A stretch of 64,000 nt of DNA from Candidatus Xenobia bacterium (GTDB taxonomy: Bacteria > Vulcanimicrobiota > Xenobia > Xenobiales > QWHO01), in the NCBI GenBank assembly GCA_045863235.1, contig BTUM01000022.1:28158-92157 (forward strand), given 5' to 3'. Below the pieces are notes generated by a model. That model worked only from the letters and a program-made list of their open reading frames with translations. It made no database searches and had not been told where the DNA came from. The position numbers and the translations under genes were made by a program. Position 1 is the stretch's first letter. Every line of letters starts with the position of its first letter. Below, in pieces: positions 61,892 through 64,000 of the stretch.

Positions 61892-64000
61892 ATGCGGCGT
61901 TACCTGGTGGGCATCGATCTGGGCACCTCCAACTCGGCCGTGTGCCGCGTGGACGCCGCCAGCGGCAAGCTCGAGACCGTGCCCATCCTGCAGCGCGTAT
62001 CCGAGACCGAAGTGGCCGCGCGCAACCTGTTGCCCTCCTTCACCTACCTGCCCGGAGCCCACGAGCTGCCCCCGGGGGCGCTCAGCTTGCCCTGGGCCAG
62101 CGAGCAGGACTACGTGGTGGGCGAGTTTGCCCGCACCCAGGGCGCGCGCGTGCCCGCCCGCCAGGTGGTCAGCGCCAAGTCGTGGCTGGCCTACCGCCAG
62201 GCCGACCCCACCGAGCCCCTGCTGCCCTGGGGCTCTCCTCCCGAGGTGCCGCGCCTCTCCCCGGTACAGGCCTCGGCCCGCTACCTCGAGCACCTGCGCC
62301 GCTCCTGGGACCACCAGTTCCCCGACTCGCCGCTGGGCCTGCAGTCCATCGTGCTCACCGTGCCCGCCAGCTTCGATGAGCTGGCCCGCGAGCTGACCCT
62401 GGAGGCGGCCCGCCAGGCGGGGCTGGAGCACCTGCTGCTGCTGGAAGAGCCCCAGGCCGCCTTCTACGCCTGGCTCTCGCGCGGGCAAAAGCCCCCCGAG
62501 GACGAGCTGATCCTGGTCTGCGACATCGGCGGCGGCACCACCGACTTCACTCTCATCAAGAGCGGCCCGGGGGGTCTCGAGCGGGTGGCGGTGGGGGATC
62601 ACCTGCTGCTTGGCGGCGACAACCTGGACATCGCGCTTTCCTACGCCGTCGAGCCCCTGCTGGCCGCCAAGCTGGACCTGTTGCAGTGGGGCGTGCTGAG
62701 AAACGAGTGCCGCCGGGTCAAGGAGCTCTTGTTAGGGGAGGATCCCCCCACCCAGGCCCGGATCACCGTCCCCGGCAGCGGCGCAAAGCTGCTCCAGAGC
62801 GTCCTGACCGCCGAGCTGGAGCGCTCGGACGTGGAGGAGCTGGTGCTGGACGGCTTCTTCCCGGTGGTGGACTACGACGAGTCCCTGGTGGAGGATACCC
62901 GCACGGGCCTGCGCGAGTGGGGCCTGCCCTACGCCGCCGACCCCGCCCTGCCGCGCCACCTGAGCGCCTTCTTGAAGGCCAACCAGGCCGAGATCCCCGG
63001 GAGGGTGCTGTTCAACGGCGGCGCCTGCCGCCCTCCGGCCCTGCGAAAGCGCATGCTGGACATCCTCAGCGCCTGGAAAGGCTCCCCGGTCACCGAGCTC
63101 GACAACCCCGAGTCCGATCTGGCCGTGGCCCGCGGGGCGGCCCACTACGCCTGGCTTCGCAAGAAGGGCCGGGCTCGCATCCAGGGCGGCGTGGCCCGCT
63201 CGTTCTACGTGGGCGTGGGCCAGGAGATGGCCCTCTGCGTCATCCCGCGCAACGCCAGCGAAGGCAGCGAGGTGCGCCTCAAGGAGCCGGTGCTGCAACT
63301 GACCGTGGACGCCCCGGCGCGCTTTCCGGTTTTCACCTCCTCGGTGCGCCCGCTGGACGCCCCCGGCAAGCTGGTCGGGAGCAACGCCGAGGACCTGACC
63401 GCCCTCCCCCCGATGGAGACGGTCATCCACACCGGGGGAGCGGCCCGCGAGGTCCCCGTCACACTGTCCGCGATGGTGACCGAGGTGGGCACGCTCGAGC
63501 TCTACCTCAAGAGCGAGCAGGATCGCCACCGCCTGGCCTTCAGCCTGCGGGGCGGGCGGTTGGAGTCCACCGGCCTGGGCGTGCCGGCCGAGGCGGTGGA
63601 GTCGGCCCGCGAGCTGGTGCGCGAGGCCTTCGAGGCCCGTCCGGGAGCCCTGCGCCACGACACCCCCCGCCCCAAGAACCTGCCCAACCGCCTGGAGACC
63701 CACTTCCGCCAGGCCCGCAGCGAGTGGACCTCGGCCCTGCTGCGGGCGGTCTGGGATCCCGTCTTCGAGCAGCGCCGCCGCCGCCGCGCCGACGCCGAGC
63801 ACGAGACCTACTGGCTCTACCTGGTCGGCTGGTGCCTGCGCCCCGGCCTGGGCCTGCCCCTGGACGACTGGCGCGTGGAGCAGACAGCCGAGCTCTACAG
63901 CGCCTGGATCCAGTTCCCCAAATCCTCCAAGGTGCGCCTGCAGTGGTGGATCTGCTGGCGCCGCCTGGCGGCCGGGCTCAACAAGGCCCGTCAGGAGGAG
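61892..64000 (+). CDS. Hsp70/actin-fold ATPase family protein with long non-canonical C-terminal extension (3' end beyond window)
   Basis: Absent from the track because there is no stop. My translation: MRRYLVGIDLGTSNSAVC (phosphate-1), VLTVPASFDE, ILVCDIGGGTTDFTLI (phosphate-2), LLGGDNLD, VLFNGGACRPP. More than 300 further residues follow, unlike the DnaK substrate-binding domain. The frame is open for all 703 codons to 64000. Confidence 0.85.
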   Translation, partial: MRRYLVGIDLGTSNSAVCRVDAASGKLETVPILQRVSETEVAARNLLPSFTYLPGAHELPPGALSLPWASEQDYVVGEFARTQGARVPARQVVSAKSWLAYRQADPTEPLLPWGSPPEVPRLSPVQASARYLEHLRRSWDHQFPDSPLGLQSIVLTVPASFDELARELTLEAARQAGLEHLLLLEEPQAAFYAWLSRGQKPPEDELILVCDIGGGTTDFTLIKSGPGGLERVAVGDHLLLGGDNLDIALSYAVEPLLAAKLDLLQWGVLRNECRRVKELLLGEDPPTQARITVPGSGAKLLQSVLTAELERSDVEELVLDGFFPVVDYDESLVEDTRTGLREWGLPYAADPALPRHLSAFLKANQAEIPGRVLFNGGACRPPALRKRMLDILSAWKGSPVTELDNPESDLAVARGAAHYAWLRKKGRARIQGGVARSFYVGVGQEMALCVIPRNASEGSEVRLKEPVLQLTVDAPARFPVFTSSVRPLDAPGKLVGSNAEDLTALPPMETVIHTGGAAREVPVTLSAMVTEVGTLELYLKSEQDRHRLAFSLRGGRLESTGLGVPAEAVESARELVREAFEARPGALRHDTPRPKNLPNRLETHFRQARSEWTSALLRAVWDPVFEQRRRRRADAEHETYWLYLVGWCLRPGLGLPLDDWRVEQTAELYSAWIQFPKSSKVRLQWWICWRRLAAGLNKARQEE

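Overview
Very GC-rich bacterial chromosomal segment (by eye about two-thirds G+C, with G/C-dominated third codon positions). It is densely coding on both strands, and I can support about 55 protein genes. I found no rRNA, tRNA, CRISPR array, transposase or integrase. Because of the GC content, many long antisense or out-of-frame ORFs in the track are artefacts. I chose strand and frame from recognisable motifs and amino-acid composition, and trimmed several track ORFs to internal starts. Two genes are missing from the track because they run off the window: a GAF-Ser/Thr kinase at 1..925 (-) and an Hsp70-like gene at 61892..64000 (+). Content in order: a divergent pair of Ser/Thr kinases; an ankyrin protein; a methyltransferase; an M15-like peptidase; a TPR/poly-Ser protein; adenosine deaminase; two orphan pseudopilins; an FTCD_C/CoA-binding fusion; a PfkB kinase; KptA/Tpt1; a fatty-acyl reductase + esterase + WS/DGAT lipid cluster; an alpha-hydroxy-acid oxidase; TrmO; a SulP + beta-carbonic anhydrase operon next to an OmpR/HK pair; ArsR; OmpA; a large glycosylation locus (33.1-45.5 kb); an L,D-transpeptidase; a GAF-PP2C phosphatase; USP; fumC; a sirtuin; an ankyrin-DUF4253-like protein; a GH31 glucosidase; a 2-kb lower-GC toxin-antitoxin islet; a cyclase-family protein; a beta-propeller protein; and the Hsp70-like gene. 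The best candidate for an undescribed system is the divergent two-operon locus at 33125..45541. It is built around an archaeal-type AglB/STT3-like oligosaccharyltransferase. That gene is flanked by four glycosyltransferases and a sequon-rich Big_2 lipoprotein on one side, and by a translationally coupled HTTM (vitamin-K-carboxylase-like) / MBOAT / SGNH-like trio on the other. Secondary curiosities are several unexplained tandem or direct repeat arrays in intergenic regions (8731..9067, 12854..12957, 24968..25055, 52127..52271) and in-frame coding repeats. All functional calls come from motif recognition by eye. No database search was run.
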